Below, in pieces: positions 33,304 to 46,924 of a stretch of DNA of 64,000 bases. The notes below the pieces were generated by a model. That model ran no database searches. It saw nothing but the letters and a program-made list of their open reading frames with translations, and was not told where the DNA came from. Numbering within the stretch: the stretch's first letter is position 1; each line of letters starts with the position of its first letter. Location: positions 16,864,001-16,928,000 of the forward strand of contig JBHGNT010000002.1 of NCBI GenBank assembly GCA_043228905.1. The letters are read 5' to 3'. A program made the position numbers and the translations under genes. Origin of the DNA: Azolla caroliniana. Its lineage: Eukaryota; Plantae; Polypodiophyta.

Positions 33304-34384
33304 TGTCGTGACGTGGCTCGCCTAGAAGCGTAGTGTTGCGCACACAAAGGATAACGTGAAAGTGAGGAAGGAATCACTGGGATTATGGACGGAAGAGACG
33401 AAAGAGTAGAGATAGAGTGAATAGAGATCAATAAGATATGACAAAATAGGATTTTTAAGGAATATAAGATAAGACAAGATAAGATATAAAATAATATATG
33501 AGAAAGTGTATGAAATTTATAATCATTTTCATGAAAGAGTTACAAAATGATTGTGCACATCGTTGAACCTCCGAACTTTGTCTTGCAAGGTAATCGCTCT
33601 TCTCTTTCTTGATCGTAGACCACTACAATCTTCACTTCAATATTTTGATGAAGATAAGGCTTGAACCGCCTCCCTCTTGTTGAGAGTTGACCACCACGAC
33701 CGCCAAGCTAGAGCTCCACCTTTATCTTGAACTTCTTCCTTTCTTTCTCTATTTTATGGTATCTCTTATGTAATATATATTTGATTGATATCTCATACAT
33801 ATCTCCTTTTGATCTTCTCTTTCACCATTTAAATAGGTGCCCCCATGCATATGATGCATTGGAGGGTACAAGTCATGCATGTAGTGCATGAAATGCATGA
33901 TAAACATCTCGCTCATTTGAGCTTTTATGTATGAAACAATATATGCAATAACAATAAACATGAAAATATAATCTTAAAGAGAAAGGGCCTAGCCTAATGG
34001 TAGGTGTGTTGACTTTGGTGTATGAGGTTGTGGGTTTGAGTCTAAAAAAGTTATTGAATACAACTTTATTTTTATATCATGAAGCAAATCCTTTATGTAA
34101 TATAAAGTATATATAAAGTATGCTTTATTTTATGTATATTACTAGTATAGAATAAATGGTAAGATTTGAGAGTCATAGGGTGGGGTTATTGGTTCAAGTC
34201 CTCTCTTGTTCGTGTAATATAATATATTTATCTATATATATATTATTTTTTCTTTACATATATATAATATTATCATATGTGTTGTTAATATTATCTTTAT
34301 ATATAAAACATTATCAAATGTTATTTTAGTTACGTATTTATCTTATTGTAGACTTTTAATGTGAAGCTTTCGTACTTCACGACA
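33304..34384 (-). mobile_element. Solo LTR related to LTR C
   Basis: 8-bp inverted termini TGTCGTGA/TCACGACA; flanks ACGT and TCGT; 33990-34090 aligns with U3 of LTR C; no adjacent PBS. Confidence 0.75.
33990..34201 (+). ncRNA. Two tRNA-like A/B-box cassettes, antisense to the solo LTR
   Basis: TAGCCTAATGG (33990-34000) with GGTTTGAGTC (34033-34042); TAGAATAAATGG (34148-34159) with GGTTCAAGTCC (34191-34201). Confidence 0.55.
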
Positions 34385-34749
34385 TCGTTCTCCCTCGAAT
34401 GTTCTATCAAGATGATTGTGGTAGGAAATTGGATGGCTAGTAATAGTCTATACTTAGACTTGTTCTACAGAGCCCTGTTTTGTTTACTTAGTAACCATAA
34501 TCGACTATTATTCTTAATATAATTACTTAGTGGAAGCAGAATCAGAGTTCGACACATATAACAATATCGAATCATAATATAGTCGATACAGAGATATCCT
34601 CTAACTACTAACTTATATTAATTCAAAATAGAATGATATGATTACAATGCTCTCGATCGCTTTTTATAGGTGATCCGAGTGCAAAGAATGTCACCTACCA
34701 CTCCAGGACTAAGTATATCCAAAGGAGATACCATTAGCTTAGGGAAAGG

Positions 34750-35437
34750 GCGGAAGAAAAGGATTTTTCTCTGGTGAAGATCCACACAAAGGAAAATGGA
34801 TTAGACATGTTGATGAAGGTGTTGTCAGTAGAGAAGCTGAACACGTGCAGGCAAAGGGTCGGATCGACAAAGTACCCCATGTCAGAGTGAAGGGGGAGTT
34901 TGTTAGGAAACAAGTCCCTCCGGATGGGAAGAGCACAAGTAGGATTGGAGTCCGATGAACAAGAACTGGATCGGAAGGGTTCGAAGGAGATAGAGACCGG
35001 ACCCGAACCGGCCGAAAGGCATCCGGTCGGATCCGGAGAGGTATCTAAGATAGGCCACATTTGTAAATAGCCCATAGTATGTATTAGTATAAATACATCT
35101 AGGGCAAATCATTATAGTGTGAGTGTGTTAGGATTGTAACTAGTGCATAAGTGTGTGCAACTAAAGAGTAGGAGAGAGTGAGTGTGAGTGTAGTAACTTT
35201 GTTGTAACTGTCGCCAGAGGAAGAGGAGCTCAAGGTTGTTGCCTCCCATGGAGTTAGGGTATTCCTCCTACCATAGTGATATAGTTTGGAGTTATTGGAC
35301 TCCCATGGTTTTTCATGTTCAGGGTTTCCACGTTAAAACATTTTGTGTCTCTGTACTTTCTGTTTCTTGTTGTCTCGATCCCTACGTCTCTCTCATTTGC
35401 ACGTGTTGACCAGTTGTTGTCGGCTTCATATTCCACA
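34750..35437 (+). mobile_element. Copia 3' remnant: RNase H end, PPT and LTR (F/G family)
   Basis: KIHTKENGLDML...PMSE*; gaagggggagtt; LTR from 34901 starting TGTTAGGAAACAAGTCCCTCCGGATGGG. Confidence 0.8.
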
Positions 35438-37386
35438 TAGTCATAACATTAATTGTGAACACGTTCTCAAGTTAGGGCTTGAGTATATAAGTCCAACTGT
35501 AACATTGTAAAGAGAGAGAGAGAGAGAGAGAGATTATATTATCGTCTTCGGAGGTCAAATATGACCTATGAGACCAAAAATATTACATTTCACGTGATAC
35601 GTGTGAAAGTGAGTAGTGACTCTCAATGTTCAAGAACTTTACCAATAAATGTTACAATCGAGAGTGCACATTGTGATTGTGAGAGGAATTCATGCAAGGA
35701 TTGGGCTAAGTAAAAGAGATGTGGAAAACATGGTCGAATATGATCAAAGGCAGAGCATTGTATCAAAGTGTGATACTCAGACTCACAAACTTGTTTAGGG
35801 CAAAGTGTGCATAGCCGACCACTCTCATCACTTGTGCCCCAACGCCCTGTCTCACATCGCAATGCATGTGAGCTAAGTTGCATGGAAGCCAAGGTTTGAA
35901 TGGCAGATAACAGTATGGGCTCTAACATGTATCGATGTGTAAGATTTCCCCGTTCCACAAAGAATATGGTTTTGTAGTTAGGTGCAACATGTGTAGTATA
36001 ATGTGTGAAGCGTGAGCCTCCACATTTGTCCCATGTCATGATACATTGGCGTTGCAAAAAGGCCTCATTTATAGAGGAATCTAATGATGCATCATGAAGC
36101 AAGTGTCTCACATCCCATCTACCAAACCATGTTTCTATATCTTGCATCCAACCGGAACACAAAATATTGCTTTTATGCGTCTTTTGGATCTTTTTGCTTG
36201 CTTCCCACGCAATTCTAGGAAGTCGATGTGAGGGACTTTTTTCAACCTTAAGCATGTATTCAACAACCCTTTCCATGGCCATGATCTCAATGGGAAGCGA
36301 TCCCGTTTCAAGGAGGAGGAGGGTGTAGGGTGTTTATTTCTTAATTTGTAGAAACTTTGTAAGAAAATATTTTTGTACATTTTCAAACTCTTTCCACATA
36401 GATTTAGGGATGCTACTGCCCCATACTTCCATCGCATAGAGAAGAACCGGTGTCCCCAAAGTGTCGAAAAGATATTTCTTGAGGACCCAACACTTAATAT
36501 CTCCAAGATTGCATGTGTTCTCAAATGCATAGTATGCTTGCTTACCCGCCTCTAGGCGGCGTGTAGCACATTCAGTCCATATATGATTTGAAGGAACTTC
36601 AAGGCCAAGATATTCGAAGCTTTCCACACATTCAAGTGGCTCATTGTTGTACATAATGCATGGTTTATCTCTTTTTTGGCTCTTCACAAGCATAATCTTT
36701 GTTTTAGAGCTATTGGCACTTAATTTAGTATGCATGCAAATTTTTTCCAATGCCTTCATAAGCTTTTGTGCATCTCCTAAAGTATTTGCAAAAAGCACTA
36801 CATCATCTGCATATAGCAAAAGCATAATCACAACATTCCCAATGACAACTTGTTACCCGGTCGGCAAGAAGGCTTAAGGATGTCCAGACCAGAGTGTGAA
36901 AGGAATAGTTTATTCGGGAACTGTTGTAATTATTTTATTAATATGGATGGACGGACCGGAATCGGTATGCCGATCGGGATCCGGACCGATTCCGAATAGG
37001 TGCGGGTTGCACCGTTTTGTACTTCGTACCGAAGACCTATATAAAGGCCCGGTTACAATGTAATTGACAATGGATAATTAATAGAACTTATTGCCTTAAC
37101 CTTTCAGTATTGATTACCGTTCTGTACTCATTGTTATATCTTACGCGTGTAATGACGTATTGCTAAGTAACCAATTAAGGTCTAATTAAGCGTTGTGTCG
37201 TAAGTCATCTTGCCGTAACACCCTTTGGTGAAGTGTCTTAAGTGGACACCCTGTGTTAGGCTGTTGTCCGGCCCTAGGATTAACACAGTTTTTGGCGACC
37301 ACGATGCCAGCACAATCGCAGTGAACAACGGCGGGAATGGATGACTAGGCCAACAGACGACCCGGTTACGGAGAGAGCACGAAGAC

Positions 37387-40300
37387 TTGCTGAACGACGA
37401 GTCTTCGTCACTCCGTCTGCAACAAAACGCCTACCTGGACGAAGGAAGCAGCTTAAGCAGTCTCCGGGAAGCGGAATCCCTTCTCCAGGCCTTGGCCGGA
37501 AGAGATGGCGAATCCGAAGCATTTTCAGCGCTGGAATCGGATTCGGAAGGGGGTTACAACGCGCACACAAACTATCGCAACAGTAACGACACCCCAGGAG
37601 GATCAGAGGACGAGGAGTCGGATACATTACCGACACCAGAACCAGAGTTGTTAGATCGGGAACCTCCGACACTAGACGTGGAGCAACCTCCGGAGACGGA
37701 AGAAGACAAAGAAAGACCTTCGACACCGGAAGTCGAGCCAGAAACACCAAAGGAAGACCGACAAAGATCTCCGACGCCGATGGAACAGCAGGAAAGACCA
37801 CCGACACCGCCAGCCTACGTACCGACACCAGACGACGACATGCCGTTCTAGTACCCCAAGTATAGGGATGACCCGGACGCGGAGGCTCATGTTCACGCGT
37901 TTCAAGAAACATGGGAGGCGAACCATGTGTCACAATGGTTAACCGTGGCGGAAGAGGAACGATCTAAGATAGCCGAATTCGGCGTGACATTGGAAGGACC
38001 GGCCGCCAGATGGCACCGGACGCAGGACCCCAGCACCATCACCACCTTTGCGGACCTGAAAGATAAATTCTTGCACTTCTTTCAGAAGGAGGTGAACCAA
38101 AGAGAAATGGTGGGCCTATTTTATACCATCCGGCAGGACCCTGAGGAGAGCATTCCGCAGTTTGTCATCCGGTTTCAACGAATGCACAGTCAGCTTACCC
38201 GAACACCTCCGGAGGAAGAAACACAGGCTATATTCTTAGCCACGCTCCGGGAACCTCTACGAACGGTATGCACGATCATCGACTTTCGCACAAGCACCGT
38301 CGACCAGGTCATCGAACGGGTTAGAGAAATGGAGAAAACGAGCTCTTGGCTAACAATGGGAGTCCTCCAACGAGCGTTACCAACCGATGAGGATCTCCGG
38401 TTTCGACAGGCCATTCAATGCACAACATGCCTTAATGCCGGGCACTCAGCACTAGAATGTACCATGCGGTCGCAATGTCTACTGTGTCATTCCCGGAACC
38501 ATACAATGGAGCAGTGCGAGTACAATTTGTTGAATCGCCAAGCACCACCGGTTCGGCAAATCGAACCACGGAGTACCAAGGAGGAGGAAGAAGAACGTTG
38601 GAGGCGAGAAGAGCGATACCGACCGGCACAAGATGTCTGGTACAGGGATAACTATGACCGGTATGAGAGATATGATCAGTTCCGGGATTGTAATGGATGG
38701 TACGAGCATTACAACCGGGATCACTCCCCCGGGTATCACCAACGACGGGAAGATTACGGGAGATATGACGACCAACCCCGTCAAGGGTACCGCAACAAAA
38801 AGAACTTTAATAAAAAACGGCATTTCAAAAAAGGGAGCCACCCACGTGAACCGGAAAAAGGCACCTCAAGCAGCCAACCGGACCAAAGCCCCGCGGTTAC
38901 CAGAGGTCCTCCACCGGGTACAGGAAACAATGCCGAATACAGCAATACCCGGAAAGCAGATTGCTATTATTGCCGGCAAGAAGGACATTATAGTAATAAA
39001 TGTCCAGCAAAGAGCTATGACAAGCGACCGACAATAAACATGGTAGTTGCCGAAGTCGCAGACCTGCAGCAGGTTACCACAAGGTCGAAGGGCAAGGCGA
39101 TGGAATGGGAGACACAAGAGGCCATCCGGAAGCAGGCAACGGAATGGGTGAAAAAGGCAAATGAGCGAAACGTAGCAGAACTTACGCAACCAAAGGAGAA
39201 CACCGAAGAGCTCGCCGGCGGCAGTTAGACCGAAAATGCGACATGGCAGGCATTGTAGGAGTGCCAAATCACGCTGCCATTAGGACGGCTCCTACAACTA
39301 GTGCCCAAATTCACAGAAGGACTCAAGACAGGCAGGACGGCAGGAGAAACACCATCGGCACCAACATTCTTCTCAAATCCAGAGGAGGGACTGACGGTGG
39401 TAGACACAAACAGTCTGGCGATCACAGCCATCGTGAAGGGAAAGGAGTTACCCGGAATAGTAATAGATGGAGGATTTGGCGTCAATGTGATTAGCCTCCA
39501 AACATGCACAACCTTGGGAATCCAAGAGTGGGAACCATGCCCGTTCTGGCTACGGATGGCGGATACAAGCTCAATGCGACCGACCGGCTTGATACGAGAT
39601 TTGGAAGTAACAATCGGCGGCCACACATTTCGCATCTCGGCAATAGTGCTACAATTACAGGCCCAAGGAGCTTACCCGCTATTGTTGGGGCGACCGTGGC
39701 TAAAAACAGCGCACATTAAACAAAACTGGAGGAAGAATATAATCACCTTCCGGCGGGGAAAAGCAAAAGTACGGGTACTAACACAACCACGGACGGGTAC
39801 CGGGAAGGAATTGACACCCCTATATGCTGAATGTGTCAATATGCTGGACGGATTAGCAAACGAAGAGGTGGATCAATACTTGCAAGATAATCCGAAGATA
39901 GTACCTCTGTTCGAAATCGACGTAGCTGAAGCCGTATCACCATACATACTGCCACCGGACGGAGCGGACGAAGAACCAAATAAAGAAGTGATCCGGGAGC
40001 TACGACAAGCATAAGAAGCGCTGGAAAGAGAAATGGCCGTATCACAACGGGTTAAAGCATCCCAACTAGAGGAGGTAAGTCTAGGAACTACGAAAGAGGC
40101 AAGACCAGTGCAGATAGCCAAGGAAATGACTACGGAGAACAGAACGACAATGATTACACTTCTCAAAGAGTTTCGGGACGTGTTTGCCTGGTCCTACGAG
40201 GATAGGAGAGGGCTCGATCCTTAGCTATATCAGCATCAGATACATTTGAGCAAAGATGCCAAACCGGTAGCACAACGACGATACCAGATGAATCCAAACT

Positions 40301-41980
40301 ACGTCGCCAAAGTCAAGGAGGAAATCGACAAGTTGTTGAGGGTTGGCTTTATCTGTCCCATAAAGAAATCTACATGGTTGAGACCGATAGTAGTCGTACC
40401 AAAGAAAAATGGCAAAATTAGAGTATGTGTCGACTACCGGAAGCTTAATGTGGCGACGGTAACTGATGCATTTCCACTTCCATTTACGGATGGAGTTTTG
40501 GACGCAGTCTCCGGCCATGAGGTATACAGTTTTTTAGACGGATTCAGCGGATACAACCAGATCCGGATGCACCCCGATGACCAGGAGAAAACGGCTTTCG
40601 TCATTGAATGGGGAGTGTTTGTTGCCGTAGTGATGATGTTCGGACTAAAAACGGCATTGGCAACGTTCTAGAGGATCATCATGGAAATATTCGAAGAATT
40701 CATACCGGCATTCATGCAGGTGTTCCTCGATGATTTCGCCGTTTACAGCCGGGAAGGAGACCACCGTTCCGTTTACACACGTTCCGTTTCATGTGTTCGT
40801 GGATGCGTTCGACATTGCAATCGGGAGTGCGCTGATGCAACTTACGGAGCCAAGATGGTACCGGCCCATATATTACGCAAGCCGGAAGTTATCCCAAGAC
40901 GAACGAAATTATTCCACCACGGAAAGGGAAGCTTTAGGCATGATCTACAGCGTAACAAAATTTAGGCATTATTTATTGGGAAGAAAGTTTTCCTTCCATG
41001 TAGATCATTGGGCACTCCTCTACCTAGTGTCCAAAGCGTCACTTACCAGTAAGTTGGCCCGATGGACTTTGCTATTACAGGAATTCGAATTTGAGATATT
41101 CCACCGACCCGGCATACAGCATGCGGTAGCAGATTATTTAAGCCGGTTAGATTCTGGCGAAACCGGCGACGGAGTACCGAATGAGTTTCCGGATGCTGAG
41201 CTATTTCGAGTCAACGCGGAAATGGCAACAGATGAAATGGTGGCACCAGAAGATAAGTGGCTAACAAATATGCACCAATTTCTGAGCACCGGATTGCCTC
41301 CAGAGGAGATGAACCGGGACGAGAGGAAACGTCTGGTGGTCCAAAGCCAACACTTCTGTTTATTACGGGACACGCTATACCACAAAGGTGCGGACGGTAT
41401 ATGGTGACGAGCGGTGCGCAACGACGAGAAGGAGGTAATACTACGGGAAGCACACTGCGGAGTCGCCGGAGGCCATTATGCTGGGGATGCTACGGCAAGG
41501 AAGATATGGCAAAGTGGCCTATGGTGGCCGACTACATTGAAAGACGCAGTCCGGTACGGGAAAGAGTGTGATCTATGTTAGCGAATGGGCCAACCAACAG
41601 AACAAGCTAGGATGCTGCATAAGCTAGTACTACCGCTAGAACCATTTTAGAAATGGGGACTGGATTTTGTCGGACCATTTAAACCATCGGCAATGAGAAC
41701 TGGCAACCGGTATGTGATCGTCGCGACGGACTACTGCACTAAATGGGTGGAAGCCAAAGCCCTACGAGACAACACCGCGGCGTCGACGACAAAATTCTTA
41801 TACGAATACATTTGGTGCCGGTACAGATGCCCCATAGAGCTGATAAGCGACCAAGGAGGGCACTTTCTTGGACAGGTAATGGAGAGCTTGACGTCATTCT
41901 ATGCGGTAGTACATAAATGGAGCACCCCGTACTACCCACAAGCCAACGGATTAGCTGAGTCAACAAACAAAACAGATTAG
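37387..41980 (+). pseudogene. Element D gag-pol
   Basis: CYYCRQEGHYSNKC; IVIDGGFGVNV; VFLDDF; FVDAFDIAIG; integrase cut at QANGLAESTNKT. RT thumb deleted near 40760. Confidence 0.88.
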
Positions 41981-42085
41981 CTGAAGAGGACCGCAGAATC
42001 AACCGAGAAGCGTTCGGACCCACAGAAGGATGGAACGCCCACAACCCACACTGAGAATCTCACGCCAAGGGAGGCACTGGAACCG

Positions 42086-43960
42086 GTGGAACCGGTTCGG
42101 ATGGAACCGGTCACAGAAGTCCCTGCACAACAGGCAGCACCGGCAAGCCCCGTAACTCAAGAGCCGGTTATACAAATGCCAACCTCCTCACCCGGCCAAG
42201 AACAAGTAGACAAGGAGCGGCCAGTCGAAACACACCCAGAACCGAAACGACAAAGTGGTCAGCAGGCAGAACCAGAATTGCAGCTCGACGCAATTAGGCG
42301 GGACCGGCCACTTACAACGGAACCCATCAGCCAACCCTCCGTGCAAGCGCACCAACAATGCACCGACAGCCAATGGCTTTGGTGGATAGGAGAACAAATT
42401 GCCGGAGTAGTCGGATACATAGAGGCGGAAGAAAGAGCGCAAACAGAATAGTTGCTCGTCACAACCGATGAACTAGAGACGGCCCGATCCAGAATCCGGT
42501 GCCTTGAACAAGACTTGGATTCGGCAACGGAAGAATTGGCCAAATTGGCCTTAACCGTCCAAGCACCGGTGACTCCGGTTGATGTACAAAATGAAGATAC
42601 AACCACATCTATACATATGAATAAGACCCCGAAGACAGAACCCGTCCCGAAGAAAGATGCGGCGCAAGCCCAAAAGCTTGCCGAATTAAGAGACGAACTT
42701 GCCGCACAAGAAACATTACGGAGCTACGAACGTGACTTGAAGAAGGCGGCCGAAGAAGAATTGAAGAAGACTACTGAGAACCTCCGCCGGGCAGAGGAAA
42801 ACCTGCGTAAAGGACATCAAGCTTACGACCGGCTAAAGGAGGAAAAAGAGAAATTGCTGCAGGAGAAAGACAAGCTGCGACGGATGGCGGAGACGGAAAT
42901 CGAAAGGCTGAAGGAAGAACTCCGTCAACAAAAGGACTGGGAGGACCGCGCACGTCGGCAGATCAACCAGAGGCTGAAGCAGAAGACCGATGATTTTGAT
43001 CATCTGCACCGGGACTTTAAGCAGTTGGAGACGGAGTATAAGCAATAGCAGGAAAGGATGGCCGAGCTCCGACAGGAAGTTGATAGGGCCACAACGGCAC
43101 TTGCCGACGAACGAGCTGAGAATACAAAGCAATTGGAGGAAGCGGCGAGGGACTGGATGGAGCTCCACAAGCAGAACCATGAAGAAATGGAAAGGGCGAC
43201 AATTATGTTACAGAGGTTGCAAACAACCTATCAAAGTCAATTGTCGCATTATAGGGAGCAGGAGGCGGACACAGTTAGAATCATCAAGCAATTGAAAGAG
43301 GAGCGACAAGCCGCGGAGAACAAATCACGGATGGGAACCAAACGGATCCAGTGCATCCTCCGGGCATGGCTCACCAAGACCAAACGCTTGGTTGACGAGA
43401 GCTCTGTGCGATGGTGGACGAAATGGGCGCAGAATACGACGGAACTCTAATTGCTCAGGGCGGACGTGGAAAACCGGCGGAAGGAAGGTGACGACTGTTA
43501 TACGCTGACATCAAAGGACTTCACCGCCATAAGGGATGAGCTGGCTGAAGATTTCACAGCCCTAGCGGATGAACAATTGGTGCAAGTCCGACAACTCATA
43601 GCTCAACTAGACGACGATCGGCTGGAGGCTCAAATCCAGTTTGAGAGCTATGAACGGTCCCGACTTCGGGAAGAAAAAGCAAGGAAGGCGGCAACGGTCA
43701 ACCTTAGTGATGAGGAACCGTCGCCGGTACAAGGACCAGACGGGGACCAGGCCAGGGTCAGTCAGCCAGAGACAACTCTGACGGAGGAAACAACGAAGGA
43801 AAGACCGGTGCCAGAGCGACAAACGAAGCAGCAGCCCCAAACGGAGAAGGCACAAACAGAGCAACCACCACAGCAACCACAAACGGAACAACAGCCACAA
43901 CAACAACAATAGATTCCCGACGAGCCATTGGAAATTCTAGACATTTTGGACGAGGAGTAA
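42086..43960 (+). pseudogene. Extra sense ORF of element D: long coiled-coil protein with Pro/Gln-rich ends
   Basis: ORFs starting 42086, 42452, 43058 and 43451 lie in one frame, separated only by single stop codons; E/K/R/L-rich heptad-like sequence. Confidence 0.75.
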
Positions 43961-44585
43961 CAGGGCCGGATAATGGGTTCGACGTACAAGGTACTGTCCC
44001 ACGGGCGTGCCATGTGTTACCCGGTCGGCAAGAAGGCTTAAGGATGTCCAGACCAGAGTGTGAAAGGAATAGTTTATTCGGGAACTGTTGTAATTATTTT
44101 ATTAATATGGACGGACGGACTGGAATCGGTATGCCGATCTGGATTCAGACCGATTCCGAATAGGTGCCGGTTGACACCGTTTTGTACTTCGCACCGAAGA
44201 CCTATATAAAGGTCCGGTTACAATGTAATTGACAACGGATAATTAATAGAACTTATTGCCTTAACCTTTCAGTATTGATTACCGTTCTGTACTCATTGTT
44301 ATATCTTACGCGTGTAATGACGTATTGCTAAGTAACCAATTAAGGTCTAATTAAGCGTTGTGTCGTAAGTCATCTTGCCGTAATACCCTTTGGTGAAGTG
44401 TCTTAAGTGGACACCCTGTGTTAGGTTGTTGTCCAGCCCTAGGATTAACCCAACTTCTTCAACATATTCTTCCTTTGCAAACTTGGTAACAATTTCTCCC
44501 AATTCATCAATGCATAGACCAAATAGTGTTGGTGAGAGTGGGCATCCTTGCTTAACACCAATAGTGGTTTTGAAAAAATTTGAAA

Positions 44586-44736
44586 TATATAGAGAGAGAG
44601 ATACAGAAGAGAAATTTAAAGCTTCCATTAGAGCTTAACCTCGAGTCTATTTTGCTTCTTATCCTCTCGAGCTTTAATACTCCTATTTAATATATTTGTG
44701 TTGTTTGTTGTAAACCAATATACTCCTATTTAATAT

Positions 44737-44792
<56 letters not shown>

Positions 44793-46920
44793 CGAGAAAT
44801 ATAAAGCTTCCATTAGAGCTTAACCTCGAGTCTATTTTGCTTCTTATCATCTTGAGCTTTAATACTCCTATTTAGTATATTTGTGTTGTTTGTTGTACAC
44901 TAATATACAGGTCCTCAACAATCTTCCGCAACCCTTTCATCATCATATGTTATCAGAGCGACCTTGTTGTCTGGGCAACAAACAATAGAAATCTTGATAA
45001 AAGAAGTTATCTGGATGAGAGAAATGGCCGATCTGGTAATATCTACTTTCTAGAGAATGGCGACACAATCCAACACAAGTGTGGAAATTTGAAAGTTTGA
45101 TGGGAAGAACTTTGCCCTATGGAAAGAGACGATGCAACACGTGTTTATCATCCGGAGATAGGTTGAAGCCATTCGGCATATCTCCAAGCCGGCTTCAATG
45201 TCTACTGAAGAATGACAATCTATGGAGGAGATATCCAGGTTGATCATCCGGATGCATCTGGCCGAGAATGTCTATTTCAACATGGCAAAGGAGACAACAA
45301 CATTTTCTTTGTGGGAGAAACTTCAAGCTGTGTACGAGAAAAAGTCCTCCTGCTCGAAGCTAATACTGATTCGACCTCCCACATCAACACCTTCAGCCGG
45401 GTGTTCTCTAAGGTCTCCTCCCAAGGGATTAACTTCGAAGAAGAAGTTAAAGCCCTTGCCCTTTCAAGCTTGCCGGTGAGTTGGGAGGTATTCTGTACGA
45501 CATTCACCAACAACTATCCAAATCTCAACTAGGACGATACAATCAGACAAGTTCTCACGTGGATATTCGGCAAAAATCGATGGGCCCCACCATCGATGAA
45601 TCGGCAGAAGCACACAACTCAACCAAGCTTGCTAGAAGAGTCGGCCGAAGCACTAGTCAACCAAGAAGGAGGGACAATCAGCAAAGGTCAAAATCCAGGA
45701 GCGAGCGACCGTATACCTTCTACACCCACTATAGAAAGGCTAGTCACCATATTTTCGATTATTGGTCAAAGAAAAGAGAGAATGCTCGGCAACTTGATCA
45801 GCACTCGGGACATGCTGAATTGAGCCGTTCTCTAGTCGGAAACCAAGTCAATGTTTCCAACACCCGATCGGAAGAAATCCTCTCTATGGAGAACACTACA
45901 ATAAGAGAAGTCTTATACAATGCTCATGATGCACGAACATGGTTGTTGGATACCAACGTCTCTTTTCACATAACCCCCAATATCAAATGGTTTCCGAACT
46001 ACTCAACTGGTGTTGGTGGCACAGTTCGACTTGGCAGCGGGCAGGAGTGCCAAATTAGACGGATCGAAGAGGTTCCCATTCAAGCGTTGAATGACAATTC
46101 AATAACCCTACATAGAGTCCAACACATACCTGAGCTGAAGATGAGTTTGCTCTCCATCGTCATGCTAGTCGAAGCCGGGTATCAGACGACTCTAAGTGAG
46201 TTGTCATGGACGTTCAATCAAGGGAACATGAAAATCAGCTAGGGATACAAGTACAACAACTTGTACCCACTGGCGGTGATCAGTCCAGAAGGGGCCGTGA
46301 ACGTAGCCAATCGTTGTCATAATCGAACTTATGGCATGGCCGACTCAGTCATATGTCTTAAGCCGGACTGGACCGGCTAATGACGATCGGTTACATCCTG
46401 AAATTCCAGTCAAAGAAGGACGTATGCAAGCATTTTCGTTATGGGAAACAACCTCAAAGTCCACACTCTCCATTATGAGATGGTATGACACTCCCTAGAG
46501 CTTGTACACACCAATATCTCTCAACTACCTGAACAATCTCTAAGCGGCGCCCGATACTTCATCACGTTTGTGGATGATTGTACTCGGAAAGTTTGGGCCT
46601 ATTCGATTAGGCCAAAAGACAAGGTGCTTGAGGTCTTCACTCAGTGGCAAGCCGAAGTGGAGAACCAATCAGGATATAGAGTGAAGACACTTCGATCCAA
46701 CAATGGAGGCGAGTACACCTCTCGAGCGTTCAAACAATACCTGTCCGAAAAAGGAATCTGACATCGGAGAACCATTCCATACTCTTCCATGCATAACGAT
46801 GCGCCGGAACGCATGAACCAAATGATCCAGGAGTGAGTGATGGCAATGCTCCAGCATTCTAACCTCAAGCTGGAATTCTAGGATGAGGCACTGTAGTGTG
46901 GCTCAAAGTGCCGCAAGCAC
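44586..46920 (+). mobile_element. Old Copia remnant E: partial LTR with internal duplication and (GA)n, PBS, gag-PR-INT
   Basis: Duplicated unit 44586-44723 / 44787-44908; degenerate Met PBS tgttatcagagc at 44948; KFDGKNFALWKE; WLLDTNVSFH; RSNNGGEY. Confidence 0.75.
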
Positions 46921-46924
46921 TATG

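Larger units (their letters stand above)
36851..44450 (+). mobile_element. Gypsy element D (non-chromovirus, Arg-type PBS) with an extra 3' ORF and internal deletions
   Basis: LTRs 36851-37285 and 44015-44450; TSD CAACT at 36846-36850 and 44451-44455; PBS TGGCGACCAC at 37293-37302. Confidence 0.93.
35535..44580 (-). mobile_element. 5'-truncated LINE (RTE-like) ORF2, split by element D
   Basis: GVKQGCPLSPTLF (44455-44580) continues into LLLYADD (36831) and a C-terminal CTLC...HTLIQC; a (GA)n tract lies at the 3' end. Confidence 0.8.

Noticed and set aside
33311-33324. Arg-type PBS linking the 33304-34384 LTR to the adjacent gag
   Set aside because: The motif is imperfect and lies inside the LTR terminus; the flanks ACGT/TCGT indicate an independent solo insertion.
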